Origin: Candidatus Poribacteria bacterium
GTDB taxonomy: Bacteria > Poribacteria > WGA-4E > JAJDTR01
Reading direction: 5' to 3'
Assembly: GCA_965222225.1 (NCBI GenBank)
Contig: CBDCTK010000002.1
Location: 3,328,001-3,392,000 of the forward strand
DNA: 64,000 bases
Part shown: piece after piece, positions 19,066 to 29,152 of the stretch
Layout of the letters: each line of letters begins with the position of its first letter
Position numbering within the stretch: position 1 is the first letter of the stretch
Made by a program: the position numbers and the translations under genes
The notes under the pieces: model-generated
Told to the model about the DNA's origin: nothing
Databases searched by the model: none
What the model saw: only the letters and a program-made list of their open reading frames with translations

Positions 19066-20109
19066 TAGGAGTTACGCAGTTGGCTGAAGCGTATAAAGAG
19101 GTTGTGCCAAATAAGCCCGTACCGCATCTCTGACAATAGAGAGTTTTGCATCAAACCAACTGATACCGGTATGATAGCAATAGTGCTCAATTCTCAGAAA
19201 GGCTCTCAGCGCTAAACCGATATGATTTCTTTGAGTGCGAGCAGAGCGCACTTGTGCGCGTTCAATGCCAACAAATTGCTTAATCCCGCGATGATATTCT
19301 TCTATTGTCCAAGACCATTCGGCATATTTGAGACGCGTCAATTCGTCCATCTGTAAATCATTCGTTGCCCAATATTCAATGTCACCTTCTGGAGTGTCAA
19401 CCTTAAATACTCGAATCAATCCATAGCCTTTGAGATGGACAATTGTACCTGTTGATTCACTCGGAAGCGTACTCACCGGACGGTTACCGGAATAATCTTT
19501 ACTGACAAGTCGGTTGGCAGCTAGACGAGTAAGCCACTTCCAACCATGACCTCGCACCGCTTTTAGATTCTTTAGACTGGCATACCAACTATCAAAACAC
19601 ACACATTCAGGAGCAAAACCGCGTGTTTTCGCTTCTTCAAGCATGGCGCGGAAATGCTCATTCTTCGTCAAGCCGTCTTTGGCTTTATCATAGATTCGAT
19701 AATCACACGGAATATGTCTATCGCCATCCGTCCAGAGCAAAGTGACCAAGTTAATCCCATTCACAACTCGGTGGTGTTTCCCTGACCAGTGTTTTGTCAC
19801 GAGTTCAATCTTTTGTGAATAAGGTTTATCCAGAGTCGAGTCATCTATAACTAAAATTCCGGATTCTAATTTCACCTGATTTCTCGATTCTTGCCACAGT
19901 TTGCCAGTATCGGGTTCCTCTCGATGCAAGAGCCGTGTTATCGAATCGTGAGCCGGAGGATTATCAGCTTGGGGTTGAACTTTTTCCGATTCAAGACAAC
20001 TGTAACTTTTCTGAGCGGCTACCAAGAAATCAATATAGTCAGTGTCAGTATATTTAGGGGGATTCATACTCAAATTATAACCTATTTTCACTCAACTGCG
20101 TAACTCCTA
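19066..20109 (-). mobile_element. IS701-family insertion sequence, copy 2 (1044 bp)
   Basis: Same IRs as copy 1 and its own 5-bp target duplication TAAAT at 19061-19065 and 20110-20114. Confidence 0.92.
19072..20091 (-). CDS. IS701-family DDE transposase
   Basis: Translation identical to copy 1 except W for R (nt 19734). Confidence 0.9.
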   Translation of the reverse strand: MKIGYNLSMNPPKYTDTDYIDFLVAAQKSYSCLESEKVQPQADNPPAHDSITRLLHREEPDTGKLWQESRNQVKLESGILVIDDSTLDKPYSQKIELVTKHWSGKHHRVVNGINLVTLLWTDGDRHIPCDYRIYDKAKDGLTKNEHFRAMLEEAKTRGFAPECVCFDSWYASLKNLKAVRGHGWKWLTRLAANRLVSKDYSGNRPVSTLPSESTGTIVHLKGYGLIRVFKVDTPEGDIEYWATNDLQMDELTRLKYAEWSWTIEEYHRGIKQFVGIERAQVRSARTQRNHIGLALRAFLRIEHYCYHTGISWFDAKLSIVRDAVRAYLAQPLYTLQPTA

Positions 20110-20319
20110 TAAATTATACCATTTTTCTAAAATTCAAGTACATTGATTACGTGGAACAAGTAACGAAACTTGCAAGGAGCGGAATAAGAAGCATTGTGTC
20201 CGCACAAAAGCGGCGGGGCAAGGGGTCTCTATTGATCAACCGACCAAATAGGGAAGGCAATAGGTAAATTTACTCGTTATTCACTCGTTTGTGCCCGCTG
20301 GCGCTCTCAAAGGCTGGTA

Positions 20320-20354
20320 AGAGTTCTATCGCACTCCCTAGGCAGTCGCTTGAT
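20320..20354 (-). repeat. 35-nt GA-hairpin element inserted in a REP
   Basis: AAAGGCTGGT-A-[unit]-CGCAGTGCGCACCCTACA, compared with the intact REP at 41-69. Confidence 0.85.
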
Positions 20355-20398
20355 CGCAGTGCGCACCCTACAACTACACTAAATTATACCTTCTGTGG

Positions 20399-22156
20399 CT
20401 ACCCGTCTGAAACTAATTCTAACACGTCCCTCAGCAAGCCCTCGTTTTGACCCTCAAGCGCCCGCATCTCATCGGCGATCTCTTGGGGTGACCGCAGCGG
20501 CGTGTGACGATAGAAATAGCGATTGAAGTTGATTTCGTAGCCCACCTTGTCCTTCTTCCGATCCATCCAACCGTCCGGCAGGTGGGGTTTAATCTCTCGC
20601 CGGAAGTAGTCGCCGATGTCCTCCGCGAAGGGGATGCGCTCGTCCTCTCGCAGCGCGGTGTCCGGTTTCGGAACCCCCTTCTTGTCCTTTACGACCAACT
20701 CGTTTTGCTCGCCGGGGGCATCGCGCTTTTCGACCAGCGGTCTTTCGATAATCACCTTGGTGTAGCCGAAGAACTCGTTCGGATAGATCTTGGAGTGCTC
20801 GCATTCCTCGAAGTTCGTGTAGATGTGCACCAGCCGCTCAATGTGCAACTCGGAGATGAAAACGCTTTTGTTGCCGAGATTTCGTTTCATCGACTCGAAG
20901 AAACCGGCGCCGTTTATTAGTTGGATCTTGCCCCGCCGCCGATCCAGTTTGCGGTTCGTCAGGATCCAGATGTAGGTGGAGATGCTGGTGTTGAAGAAGA
21001 GTTTGTCGGGCAACGCGATGATGCACTCCAGCCAGTCGTTTTCGATAATCCAGCGTCGGATGTTACTCTCGCCGCTGCCGGCGTCGCCGGTGAACATCGG
21101 CGAGCCGTTCAGGACGATTCCTACACGGCTGCCGCGACTCTCCATCTTGGAGAGCATGTGCTGCAGGAATAGCAGCGCTCCGTCGGAACTGCGGGGCGTG
21201 CCGGCTGTGAACCTGCCGCCGGTAGTGCCCGCCTCCGCTTTCACGGCGGATTCATCGGACTTCCAACTGACGCCGAACGGTGGATTGGTTATCATGTAGT
21301 CGAAGCGTTTCCCTTGAAACTGGTCGTCGGAGAGGCAGGAGCCGAGTTGGACCGCGTCGGGGTTTTCGCCGGTTATCAGCATGTCCGATTTGCAGATGGC
21401 GTAGGTCTGCGGGTTGAGTTCCTGTCCTAACAGCCGGATATCGGCGTCCGGATTGATCTGCTCGCGAAAGTATTCCTTGCCAATCGTCAACATGCCGCCG
21501 GTGCCGCAGCAGGGATCGAAGATGCTGCGGATAACCCCCTGTCCGCGCGCCTCCTCGCTGTGTTCGGCGAATAGCAGGGAGACCAATAGCCGCACGACAT
21601 CCCGCGGCGTGTAGTGTTCCCCACTGGTCTCATTAGACATTTCCGAGAATCGGCGCAGCAACTCCTCAAACACCTGTCCCATGGTGTGGTTGTCCACCTG
21701 ATTCGGGTGCAGATCGACCTCCGTGAACTTGTCGCAGAAGATGAACAGTCGATTGTTCCTGTCCAGTCGGTCGATAAACTGATCGAGGTTGAAGTTTTCG
21801 ATGATGTCCCGGACATCCTTGCTGAAGCCGTTGAGGTAGTTGTTGAAGTTGAGACGGATGTTGTTGGGGTCGGCTTTCAGCCGGGAGAGGTCGTATCGGG
21901 AGGTGTTGTAGAAACTGGAATCCGTCTCTTTCAGAATTATCTGCGGCAGGGATTCTTCGGGGACGACATCTTTGAAGCGGCTGTAGGTTTCAATGGATTT
22001 GTCTTTTCGGTCGTCTTCCGTCAAGATGCAGTCCAATCGGCGCAGCACGAGAAAGGGGAGGGTGATGTCGCCGTATTCGTGGGGTTTGAATAAGCCTCGG
22101 AGGACATCGTCGGCTACGTTCCAAACGAGGTTTGAGAGTTCTTGGTAGTTTGCCAT
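20399..22156 (-). CDS. hsdM: Type I restriction enzyme M subunit (N6-adenine methyltransferase)
   Basis: GEHYTPRDVV, FDPCCGTGGML and NPPF motifs. Confidence 0.96.
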   Translation of the reverse strand: MANYQELSNLVWNVADDVLRGLFKPHEYGDITLPFLVLRRLDCILTEDDRKDKSIETYSRFKDVVPEESLPQIILKETDSSFYNTSRYDLSRLKADPNNIRLNFNNYLNGFSKDVRDIIENFNLDQFIDRLDRNNRLFIFCDKFTEVDLHPNQVDNHTMGQVFEELLRRFSEMSNETSGEHYTPRDVVRLLVSLLFAEHSEEARGQGVIRSIFDPCCGTGGMLTIGKEYFREQINPDADIRLLGQELNPQTYAICKSDMLITGENPDAVQLGSCLSDDQFQGKRFDYMITNPPFGVSWKSDESAVKAEAGTTGGRFTAGTPRSSDGALLFLQHMLSKMESRGSRVGIVLNGSPMFTGDAGSGESNIRRWIIENDWLECIIALPDKLFFNTSISTYIWILTNRKLDRRRGKIQLINGAGFFESMKRNLGNKSVFISELHIERLVHIYTNFEECEHSKIYPNEFFGYTKVIIERPLVEKRDAPGEQNELVVKDKKGVPKPDTALREDERIPFAEDIGDYFRREIKPHLPDGWMDRKKDKVGYEINFNRYFYRHTPLRSPQEIADEMRALEGQNEGLLRDVLELVSDG

Positions 22157-22447
22157 GGTGGTTTATTAGGGAATCGGGGATTTGATAACCAGTGAGAAAT
22201 CTCTGTAGCATAGCTGTAGGGAACGCAGATCCGCGTTGCCTACATTAACCCTGTAGAGGATTCCATCTTCGGCAAAATATGAGAATCAATGTGCTGCGAA
22301 TGGATATGATTATGGTCGCTATACGCCAGGCGGTTTGCCACGGATTTCTATTGTAGCATGGGGACATTGGGGATGTCTATAGTGAGTTGGAAGATAGGGG
22401 AGTGGGGTGAGGAGTTCGGAGGAATGGTAGGCGGGGGAACTGTATTG

Positions 22448-22626
22448 GGATCTACTATCAGGACTTTCTATCGCCTTAGGTTCTCTATCGCGCATGCTAT
22501 TCAGGATCCCTATCGCGCAGGGATCTCTATCAGGATTTTCTATCGCCTTCGCTATTCACTCAGTTGATCGCTCCTTTTTCAGTCGCTTGATCTATTCGCT
22601 TCCTTGATCGTTCAGTTGATCCTACA
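22448..22626 (-). repeat. Deeply nested stack of 35-nt GA-hairpin elements
   Basis: Five left halves, one full unit (22533-22568), three right halves, then CCTACA. Confidence 0.85.
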
Positions 22627-22870
22627 AATGTAAAAAGTTGAGCTATGTTTTCAATTGATTTTAATCTATTAAAGGTTTACAATGGACTCAGTGTCCGTTG
22701 ATTGGAGATTACAAATCGCCCTGTGACTTTCTCCACTAGCGTTTTCATGTCCAGAAATGCCCACAGCTAAAAAGAATTGATAAATCTGGCTACGAAACGT
22801 CTCGGTACTGAAAGACAAAGGCAAATCAGTTCCGCGCCTGTCGTTACGAAAAATTAGGAGGATACATGCT

Positions 22871-24121
22871 TTGAAAGTTATAGGATACAGATGCACCTTG
22901 GGTATCGGAATGGCGGTTTTACTGTTTGCTTCACAACTGGTAGCTCTCGCGGAGGACAAGAAAAGCCCGATTAAAGTTGGGGGCGCCATGCGGGCGAACT
23001 ATATCTACGGTACTTACACCGACGATGGCCGAGGCGAGACGATTGGCGATGTCGCGCTTGAGTTATTTCGACTGAATGCAGACCTTGGCATTGACAACAT
23101 CATCGGTAGACTGGAATACCGGTGGTATCCCAGGTATGGGAGCAACTCCAGCGGCTACAGTATGATACATACAGCGTGGCTAGGGTATAATCTGGGCGAT
23201 CTGGGCACTATCAAGGCCGGCGTTATCCGCGCACCTTTCGGGCCCACCGCCTACGGCGTCTCTACTAGTTGGTTCTTTGACCAGCATTTTTATGTTGGGC
23301 TCGCTGACGACCAGGACCTCGGCATCAGATGGAACGCCACCTTTGATAAACTGATGCTTGATGTTGGCTACTACCCCATGAGCGAACCCCAGACGATAGG
23401 AAATAGTCTTGCGAGTTCGCGATATAGCTATGACGTTGTCAAATGGGAAGAAAAAGCCGACGCAGAAGGCACGGTTGAATGGGGTGCCGGTGAAAACGGG
23501 TATGATGAGCAACATCAACTTAACCTGCGTGCAATCTATGCGCTTGAGAAGATTGCGGATGTGGGCGTGTCGATTCAATACGGGTTGCTGAAGGCGGCGG
23601 AAGGCATGGATGATGACGGCGCGAATCACTATGCGCTCTCTGCGCACATGAAGAACGTGTTCTCGGATTTCACGCTCTTTTCACAATTTTCCTATTATGC
23701 GCATAACATTACCGATGAAACTCCTTGGGGCACCGGCGACTTGATTCCAATGGGGGCTTACGATTTTGCTTGGCCCATAGCATCTAAGGGATTAATACCC
23801 GCGCTATCCCTGCGCTACAAGGGTATTGATACATCGGGTATTTCCTGGATTGACAGCGTTATGCCGTATATTGAAGCAAGCACTATCCTGAAAACGGTAG
23901 ATGGTTTCAACAACAGTACGTTGGTGACTCTTGGCGCTAGCTGGACAGTCCGTGGGAACCTGTATATCTACAGCGATCTGGCACTTTCCAACGGCAACTC
24001 CTTTGTCGGTAACGACGGGGATGTCTACGACAACATCTACACAGGGGCCGGTGACGTTGGCGCCAACGGAAATGACTCGTGGAATCGGCGCATTAATTTT
24101 AACTTCGGCTACTATTTCTAA
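22871..24121 (+). CDS. Outer-membrane porin-like beta-barrel
   Basis: Signal peptide, amphipathic beta strands and C-terminal NFNFGYYF. Lies upstream of the BCCT transporter. Confidence 0.75.
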   Translation: MKVIGYRCTLGIGMAVLLFASQLVALAEDKKSPIKVGGAMRANYIYGTYTDDGRGETIGDVALELFRLNADLGIDNIIGRLEYRWYPRYGSNSSGYSMIHTAWLGYNLGDLGTIKAGVIRAPFGPTAYGVSTSWFFDQHFYVGLADDQDLGIRWNATFDKLMLDVGYYPMSEPQTIGNSLASSRYSYDVVKWEEKADAEGTVEWGAGENGYDEQHQLNLRAIYALEKIADVGVSIQYGLLKAAEGMDDDGANHYALSAHMKNVFSDFTLFSQFSYYAHNITDETPWGTGDLIPMGAYDFAWPIASKGLIPALSLRYKGIDTSGISWIDSVMPYIEASTILKTVDGFNNSTLVTLGASWTVRGNLYIYSDLALSNGNSFVGNDGDVYDNIYTGAGDVGANGNDSWNRRINFNFGYYF

Positions 24122-24181
24122 GTGGCTACGCTTGTAGCCGCGGACCGCTACGTCTGTCCAACTAGAAGGAGAATTTTGAAT

Positions 24182-25729
24182 ATGCGTGAAGAAGGAAATC
24201 AACCCCACCTACCGGAGGAAAGGGAGTACAGGAAACTGTTCGGCTTAGACATCTACTTGACTCCCGTATTTGTAATTTCCAGTATCGCCATCCTCATCTT
24301 CGTCGTCGGGGCGCTCGTATTCCAAGAAGGCGCGACAAAGGTTTTCGGAAACACCCGCACGTGGCTAACTACGAACCTTGATTGGTTATTCATGATCACC
24401 GCCAACCTTGTCTTTCTGTTTTGTCTGGTTGTGGCGATCTCTCCACTCGGCAAGGTGCGCCTCGGGGGTGTGGATGCAAAACCGGAATACTCCAACTTGA
24501 CCTGGCTTTCCATGCTCTTCGCGGCGGGCGTGGGCATCGGTCTGCTGTTTTTCGGGGTGGCGGAGCCGATGTACTACCTGCAAAACCCTCCGCTCGGCAT
24601 TACCGCCGGGACGGCGGAAGCCGCGACCGTCGGCATATCGGCGACGGTTTTTCACTGGGGGTTTCACGGCTGGGCAATCTATGGTGTCGTCGGACTCGCC
24701 CTCGGCTTCTTTGCCTACAATCGAGGCCTTCCCCTCACCATCCGCTCGGTGTTCTATCCCCTGCTCGGAGACCGCATCTGGGGCTGGCCCGGCCATGTCA
24801 TTGATACGTTCGCCATATTCGCGGGTCTGTTCGGGCTTGCGACCTCGCTCGGATTGGGGGTTAAACAGGTCACATCCGGCATGAACTATCTGTTCGATGT
24901 TCCCGCAAACAACATCACCATGGTGATACTGATTGTGGTGATTACGGCCATTGCTATGATATCGGTGTTAACCGGTATTAACGTCGGGATAAAGCGTCTC
25001 AGCCAGTTCAACGTAATCCTCGCGTTTCTGTTGCTGGTGGCTGTTATCATTCTCGGTCCAACACTCTACATTTTCCGCAGTATGTTCGATGGGCTTGTTG
25101 GCTATGTTGTTAAGATTGTGCCACTCAGCAACTGGATTGGACGGGAGGACACCGGCTTCTTTCACGGCTGGACCACGTTCTACTGGGCGTGGTGGATAGC
25201 ATGGGCGCCCTTCGTTGGCACCTTCATTGCCCGCATCTCAAAGGGGCGTACGGTACGCCAATTCGTAATATTCGTGTTACTCTTGCCGACACTGGTATGT
25301 TTACTCTGGTTTGGCGCCTTTGGCGGCACCGCCCTTCACCAACACCTCGTCGAGGGCTATACCGGTGTGACCGAGAATGTCAAGTTGGAACTCGCGCTTT
25401 TCAAAATGTTAGATCAACTGCCGTTAACGGCGCTACTTTCCTCCGTCGCTATGCTTCTAACAATCATCTTCTTCGTTACCTCGTCAGACTCAGGCTCACT
25501 CATCATTGACACCATCGCAGCCGGCGGCAAAATGGACGCGCCTGTAGCTCAGCGTGTGTTTTGGTGTTCGATTGAGGGGTTAATCGCCATCGCGTTATTG
25601 CTTGGAGGCGGGCTGAAATCGTTACAGGCGGCGGCGCTCGCAACCGGTTTCCCGTTTGCAATTGTCCTATTGGGAATGGCGGTGTGCGTCTGGATGGGGC
25701 TTCGGAAAGAGGCCGCTAATCCCACATAA
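24182..25729 (+). CDS. BCCT-family betaine/carnitine/choline transporter
   Basis: SMLFAAGVGIGLLFFGVAEP, FHWGFHGWAIY, WTTFYWAWWIAWAPFVGTFIARISKGRT and FVTSSDSG motifs. Start set at the RBS-supported ATG. Confidence 0.95.
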   Translation: MREEGNQPHLPEEREYRKLFGLDIYLTPVFVISSIAILIFVVGALVFQEGATKVFGNTRTWLTTNLDWLFMITANLVFLFCLVVAISPLGKVRLGGVDAKPEYSNLTWLSMLFAAGVGIGLLFFGVAEPMYYLQNPPLGITAGTAEAATVGISATVFHWGFHGWAIYGVVGLALGFFAYNRGLPLTIRSVFYPLLGDRIWGWPGHVIDTFAIFAGLFGLATSLGLGVKQVTSGMNYLFDVPANNITMVILIVVITAIAMISVLTGINVGIKRLSQFNVILAFLLLVAVIILGPTLYIFRSMFDGLVGYVVKIVPLSNWIGREDTGFFHGWTTFYWAWWIAWAPFVGTFIARISKGRTVRQFVIFVLLLPTLVCLLWFGAFGGTALHQHLVEGYTGVTENVKLELALFKMLDQLPLTALLSSVAMLLTIIFFVTSSDSGSLIIDTIAAGGKMDAPVAQRVFWCSIEGLIAIALLLGGGLKSLQAAALATGFPFAIVLLGMAVCVWMGLRKEAANPT

Positions 25730-25893
25730 GATGGGTACCGTGCACTATAGCATCTCCATGAACCCACGAATCCTAGGTGTGTTAGGTCTTAGGCAGTCGA
25801 ACACTCAAAGATGCTTAGTCAGGCGATTCTGTAGGGAATAACGAGGATCTCTATCGCGCTCGTTATTCCCTACAAGAGCCGCGTAACATAAAA

Positions 25894-25956
25894 TCATGGC
25901 TGAAGATCGTAACTCCTGTTACTTACGTCAGTCTTGTCCGTGTCAAACACAATCAT
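25894..25956 (-). pseudogene. VapC/PIN toxin stub
   Basis: MIVFDT start overlaps the end of the antitoxin, then the frame stops after 20 codons next to a REP. Confidence 0.45.
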
Positions 25957-26167
25957 CTAACGCGCTCCAATCTTCCTTCGCTTCCGGCTCAGTGGGATTG
26001 ATGTATTTTATCGGCGTACTACGCAGCGGATATCGGTCTTTTTCACGCCGTTTTGAAACACATTGCAAAATAATGACTTCAACCAATTCCCCTACCTGAA
26101 TCGGCAAATCCTCTAATGTTACCCTTCGATCTTGGCTGATAACAGTTTCAACGCGGTGTGCATTCAT
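25943..26167 (-). CDS. Small antitoxin-like protein
   Basis: 74 aa with a VTLEDLPIQVGELVEVIIL motif and acidic EDW tail. Confidence 0.6.
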   Translation of the reverse strand: MNAHRVETVISQDRRVTLEDLPIQVGELVEVIILQCVSKRREKDRYPLRSTPIKYINPTEPEAKEDWSALDDCV

Positions 26168-26383
26168 TCGAGACGTACTCCCAAATCCAGCTACAGTTCC
26201 TAACCCTACACCAGTTTCTATTTTTGCACATCGATCAGTGTGCTAACTGCAAACAAAAAACTCAATGAAATCCCTCGTGCGGTGCTATTATTGCGTGAAT
26301 AGCGGTTTATGTTTGGATAGGCCTTCGACAGGAATCCCGTTGGTTCGAGGTAAACAACGCTCCGTAGACGGTCGTTACTAAAG

Positions 26384-27448
26384 GTGCATGTATGTGTTAG
26401 CTTTATCTGTGAGTGTTGTTTCACGCTGTCAAGAGGAGATTGCAAGCTGTTCAATTCGAAAAAGACTAGGAGTTTTCTGTTTAGTTCACTCTTCTTAGCT
26501 TTCGTTGTACCCTCCGTTGTTGCACAAACTGATGCTTCGGCGCCTTCCACTGCTGTCTGCTTAATTGGCGACCATTTGGGCATCCCGGAAGCCGACGCAC
26601 ACACCGTGGCAATGCTGGTGTGTGATGAGCTGCGCAAGCAAGGTATATCAATTGGCGAGCCTGTTTACGAGGCGCCGACCTCAGCGAATGTCTATCGCGT
26701 TGTTTTACGACGTCTAGGCGAGAAGGTTTTTGTGCGCTTGAGTCAGGAAAACCCCGTCGGATCAATTCTTATTGTACGCCAAATCCTCTTGGCGAATATC
26801 GAAGAAATGGTCTCAGCCGCACCGAGGCTGGTTGATGCGCTTGTCGGCAGAAAGTCAATCGCTTGCACGGTAGGCATGGAGAATGTTACCGAACAGGAGG
26901 CGCGCGTGATTCGGAAGATAGCGGGTGAGTCTCTTTGGCATATGGGAATCCTCGGAGCCTTCATCCCCGGCACTGATATAGCAGCCGAACCCGGTTATGA
27001 ATTCGGTTGGTCTTATGAGACGCCAGCCTATGCTGTGGGGACCGAGTTTCGAGGCAGAGGACACGACGAATATGGGGACGACGGCAACCGTTTCTCATTC
27101 CACTCTTGGTCGATCGGCGGACGTTACTTCTTCAACAAACAGAATATGTCGCCCTATGCGGGCGGCGGCATCTCCATAGTCGGTGCAAGCTATGAAACGA
27201 AAGGAACGCAAAGAAAGGAGGATAGGATCAGTGACGAGTGGGAGCTGTACGACGATCACGATTCAGAAGAAAAAAGTGGTCTGGGCGCCTACGGTGTCGT
27301 GGGAATAGAGATTCTGCGCCTCGCCCAGAGTCGCTTGAAACTCGAATTGCGAGTGGATAGACCATTCTTTAAGTTGCCATCCCGAGACATGATGCCGGTA
27401 ACCGTGGGTATTTCTCTCTATATTCCCGGCAGTTTCTGCCTGTTCTAA
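26384..27448 (+). CDS. Exported protein with a C-terminal outer-membrane beta-barrel (start uncertain)
   Basis: Hydrophobic signal region and GGRYFF..SPYAGGGIS barrel-type strands. Confidence 0.6.
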   Translation: MHVCVSFICECCFTLSRGDCKLFNSKKTRSFLFSSLFLAFVVPSVVAQTDASAPSTAVCLIGDHLGIPEADAHTVAMLVCDELRKQGISIGEPVYEAPTSANVYRVVLRRLGEKVFVRLSQENPVGSILIVRQILLANIEEMVSAAPRLVDALVGRKSIACTVGMENVTEQEARVIRKIAGESLWHMGILGAFIPGTDIAAEPGYEFGWSYETPAYAVGTEFRGRGHDEYGDDGNRFSFHSWSIGGRYFFNKQNMSPYAGGGISIVGASYETKGTQRKEDRISDEWELYDDHDSEEKSGLGAYGVVGIEILRLAQSRLKLELRVDRPFFKLPSRDMMPVTVGISLYIPGSFCLF

Positions 27449-27734
27449 TTTCAAAGATTGTCCTGTTTTGCACTCCAGCGGAGTGCCATGTTTGTAGTAA
27501 AGGACATCTCCTATTTCCTCGCTCCAGCAGAGCGGCATGACTCTTAGAAATAGAACTATTGATGATAGAACTGACCGGTAGAAATACCGTGCAACCAAAT
27601 GACGCAATCCTCAATCATAAAATGCCTGGCCTCCCTTCTAATCTTTTCAGTTGCACATCCGGCACGGATATTTTGAACTCGTTTTATCGGGATTAAGATC
27701 GTGCGTTTATTTTCGATTATTCTGAAAAAAATAC

Positions 27735-27763
27735 TTGACAATGCTCCACACGCGATTTATAAT
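27735..27763 (+). promoter_or_regulatory. Consensus sigma70 promoter of the iron-uptake cluster
   Basis: TTGACA-17 bp-TATAAT. Confidence 0.85.
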
Positions 27764-27792
27764 AGCCGAAATTTGTTTATAGGTTAATGTTA

Positions 27793-27811
27793 ATTGCGAA
27801 TGAGTCTCAGT
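27793..27811 (+). promoter_or_regulatory. Fur-like 19-bp operator, site 1
   Basis: ATTGCGAATGAGTCTCAGT, 18/19 identical to the reverse complement of 43861-43879. Confidence 0.65.
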
Positions 27812-27879
27812 AGCAATTTGGAATGCCTCACATCAATCGTATCTCTTGGATGAGTGTGTCCATTTTTACGGTACTCGTT

Positions 27880-27898
27880 ATTGAGGTTGAGTCTCATT
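27880..27898 (+). promoter_or_regulatory. Fur-like 19-bp operator, site 2
   Basis: ATTGAGGTTGAGTCTCATT just upstream of the porin start. Confidence 0.6.
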
Positions 27899-27923
27899 GT
27901 CAATAATTTTGAAGTGGATATAA

Positions 27924-29126
27924 TTGCGAACCTTTTCATGTGCTGTTTTTCTTCTCTTAGTAGTTCAAATAATACCTGCTAATGCTTCACGCTTCCAAGT
28001 GTCGGGCTACGGCGCCATCAATTACGCCAACTTCAATTGGGATACTGATCCGGAACGACGTGCCCGCATTGATGTGGAGCGATTTGTCATCTCGCCCAAG
28101 TACAAGGTCAGCGATAACATACGGCTTGAAGCCGAGCTAGAGATCGAGCACGGCGGCACCGGCATCACCATGGAGTTCGACAGATTCGAGGAGTTCGGCG
28201 AGTTCGAAATGGAGGTTGAAAAGGGGGGAGAGGTCATCGTCGAGAAACTCGCCGCTGTATTTGAGATCGAGCCTAAAATCAACGTTCGGATTGGACATAT
28301 CATCGTGCCCGTTGGGCTTGTCTCCAAGAGGCATCGCCCCCAACACTACTTCACCGCCGCCCGCCCCGAGTCCGAATCCGACCTGATTCCAACCATTTGG
28401 CATGAGAACGGGATTGAACTGTTTGGCGAGATTGGCGCGTTGCATTACCAAGCCCAAGTCGTCAACGGCTTGGATTCAACCGGTTTCAGCTCGCGCCGTT
28501 GGATTGTCGGCGGACACCAATTGCGATTTGAAACCGCTAACGCCGAGGATTTTGCACTTGTCGGTCGAGTCGATTACACCATCACCCGGGGAGCGGTTCT
28601 GGGCGTCTCCGGCTACTATGGCGATAGTGCGGACAACCGCCCCAAACCGGACCTGCGGGTTGACGCGAATGTCGGCATCTTTGACCTGCACGGCTTCTAC
28701 GAGGTGGGCGCGTTGAAAGTCCGCGGATTATTTCTTTACGGCACGCTCCAAAATTCGGATCTCGTCTCCAAAGCCAATCGCAACCTCTCAAATAACCTGA
28801 ACGTAAAACGGACTCCTGTCGGCAGCAAAGCCGGCGGCGGATACCTTGAGGTCGGCTACAACCTGCTCTCGTTCTTCAAATCATCATTGAATACTGACAT
28901 CGTCCTAGACCTCTTCGTCCGCTACGATAACTACGATACCATGGCTGCCGTTGAGGGAGAGATTTTTGATAACCCGCGTTGGGAACGTCAAACCTGGACA
29001 TTCGGTGCCAACTATCATCCGCATCCACAACTGGTTTTCAAGGGACACTTCTCCGCGCGCCGATTGGGAACGGAAGTTGACAACAAGGAAGACACGTTGG
29101 CAATCGGCTTCGGATTTCAGTATTAA
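27924..29126 (+). CDS. Outer-membrane porin of the iron-uptake cluster
   Basis: Signal peptide, ELEIEHGG, E.GGEV.VE, IPTIWHENGI motifs and C-terminal GFGFQY. Confidence 0.78.
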   Translation: MRTFSCAVFLLLVVQIIPANASRFQVSGYGAINYANFNWDTDPERRARIDVERFVISPKYKVSDNIRLEAELEIEHGGTGITMEFDRFEEFGEFEMEVEKGGEVIVEKLAAVFEIEPKINVRIGHIIVPVGLVSKRHRPQHYFTAARPESESDLIPTIWHENGIELFGEIGALHYQAQVVNGLDSTGFSSRRWIVGGHQLRFETANAEDFALVGRVDYTITRGAVLGVSGYYGDSADNRPKPDLRVDANVGIFDLHGFYEVGALKVRGLFLYGTLQNSDLVSKANRNLSNNLNVKRTPVGSKAGGGYLEVGYNLLSFFKSSLNTDIVLDLFVRYDNYDTMAAVEGEIFDNPRWERQTWTFGANYHPHPQLVFKGHFSARRLGTEVDNKEDTLAIGFGFQY

Positions 29127-29152
29127 CTTCAAATCAGAAAAAGAGGAATCCA

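Noticed and set aside
1556-20109. Composite transposon bounded by the two IS701 direct copies
   Set aside because: Each copy has its own target duplication (TTAGT versus TAAAT), so they inserted independently. The interval also separates hsdM from hsdS and hsdR.
22448-22626. CRISPR or TIGR-like array
   Set aside because: There are no constant repeats separated by unique spacers, the units are nested halves, and no cas or Nop-domain gene is nearby.
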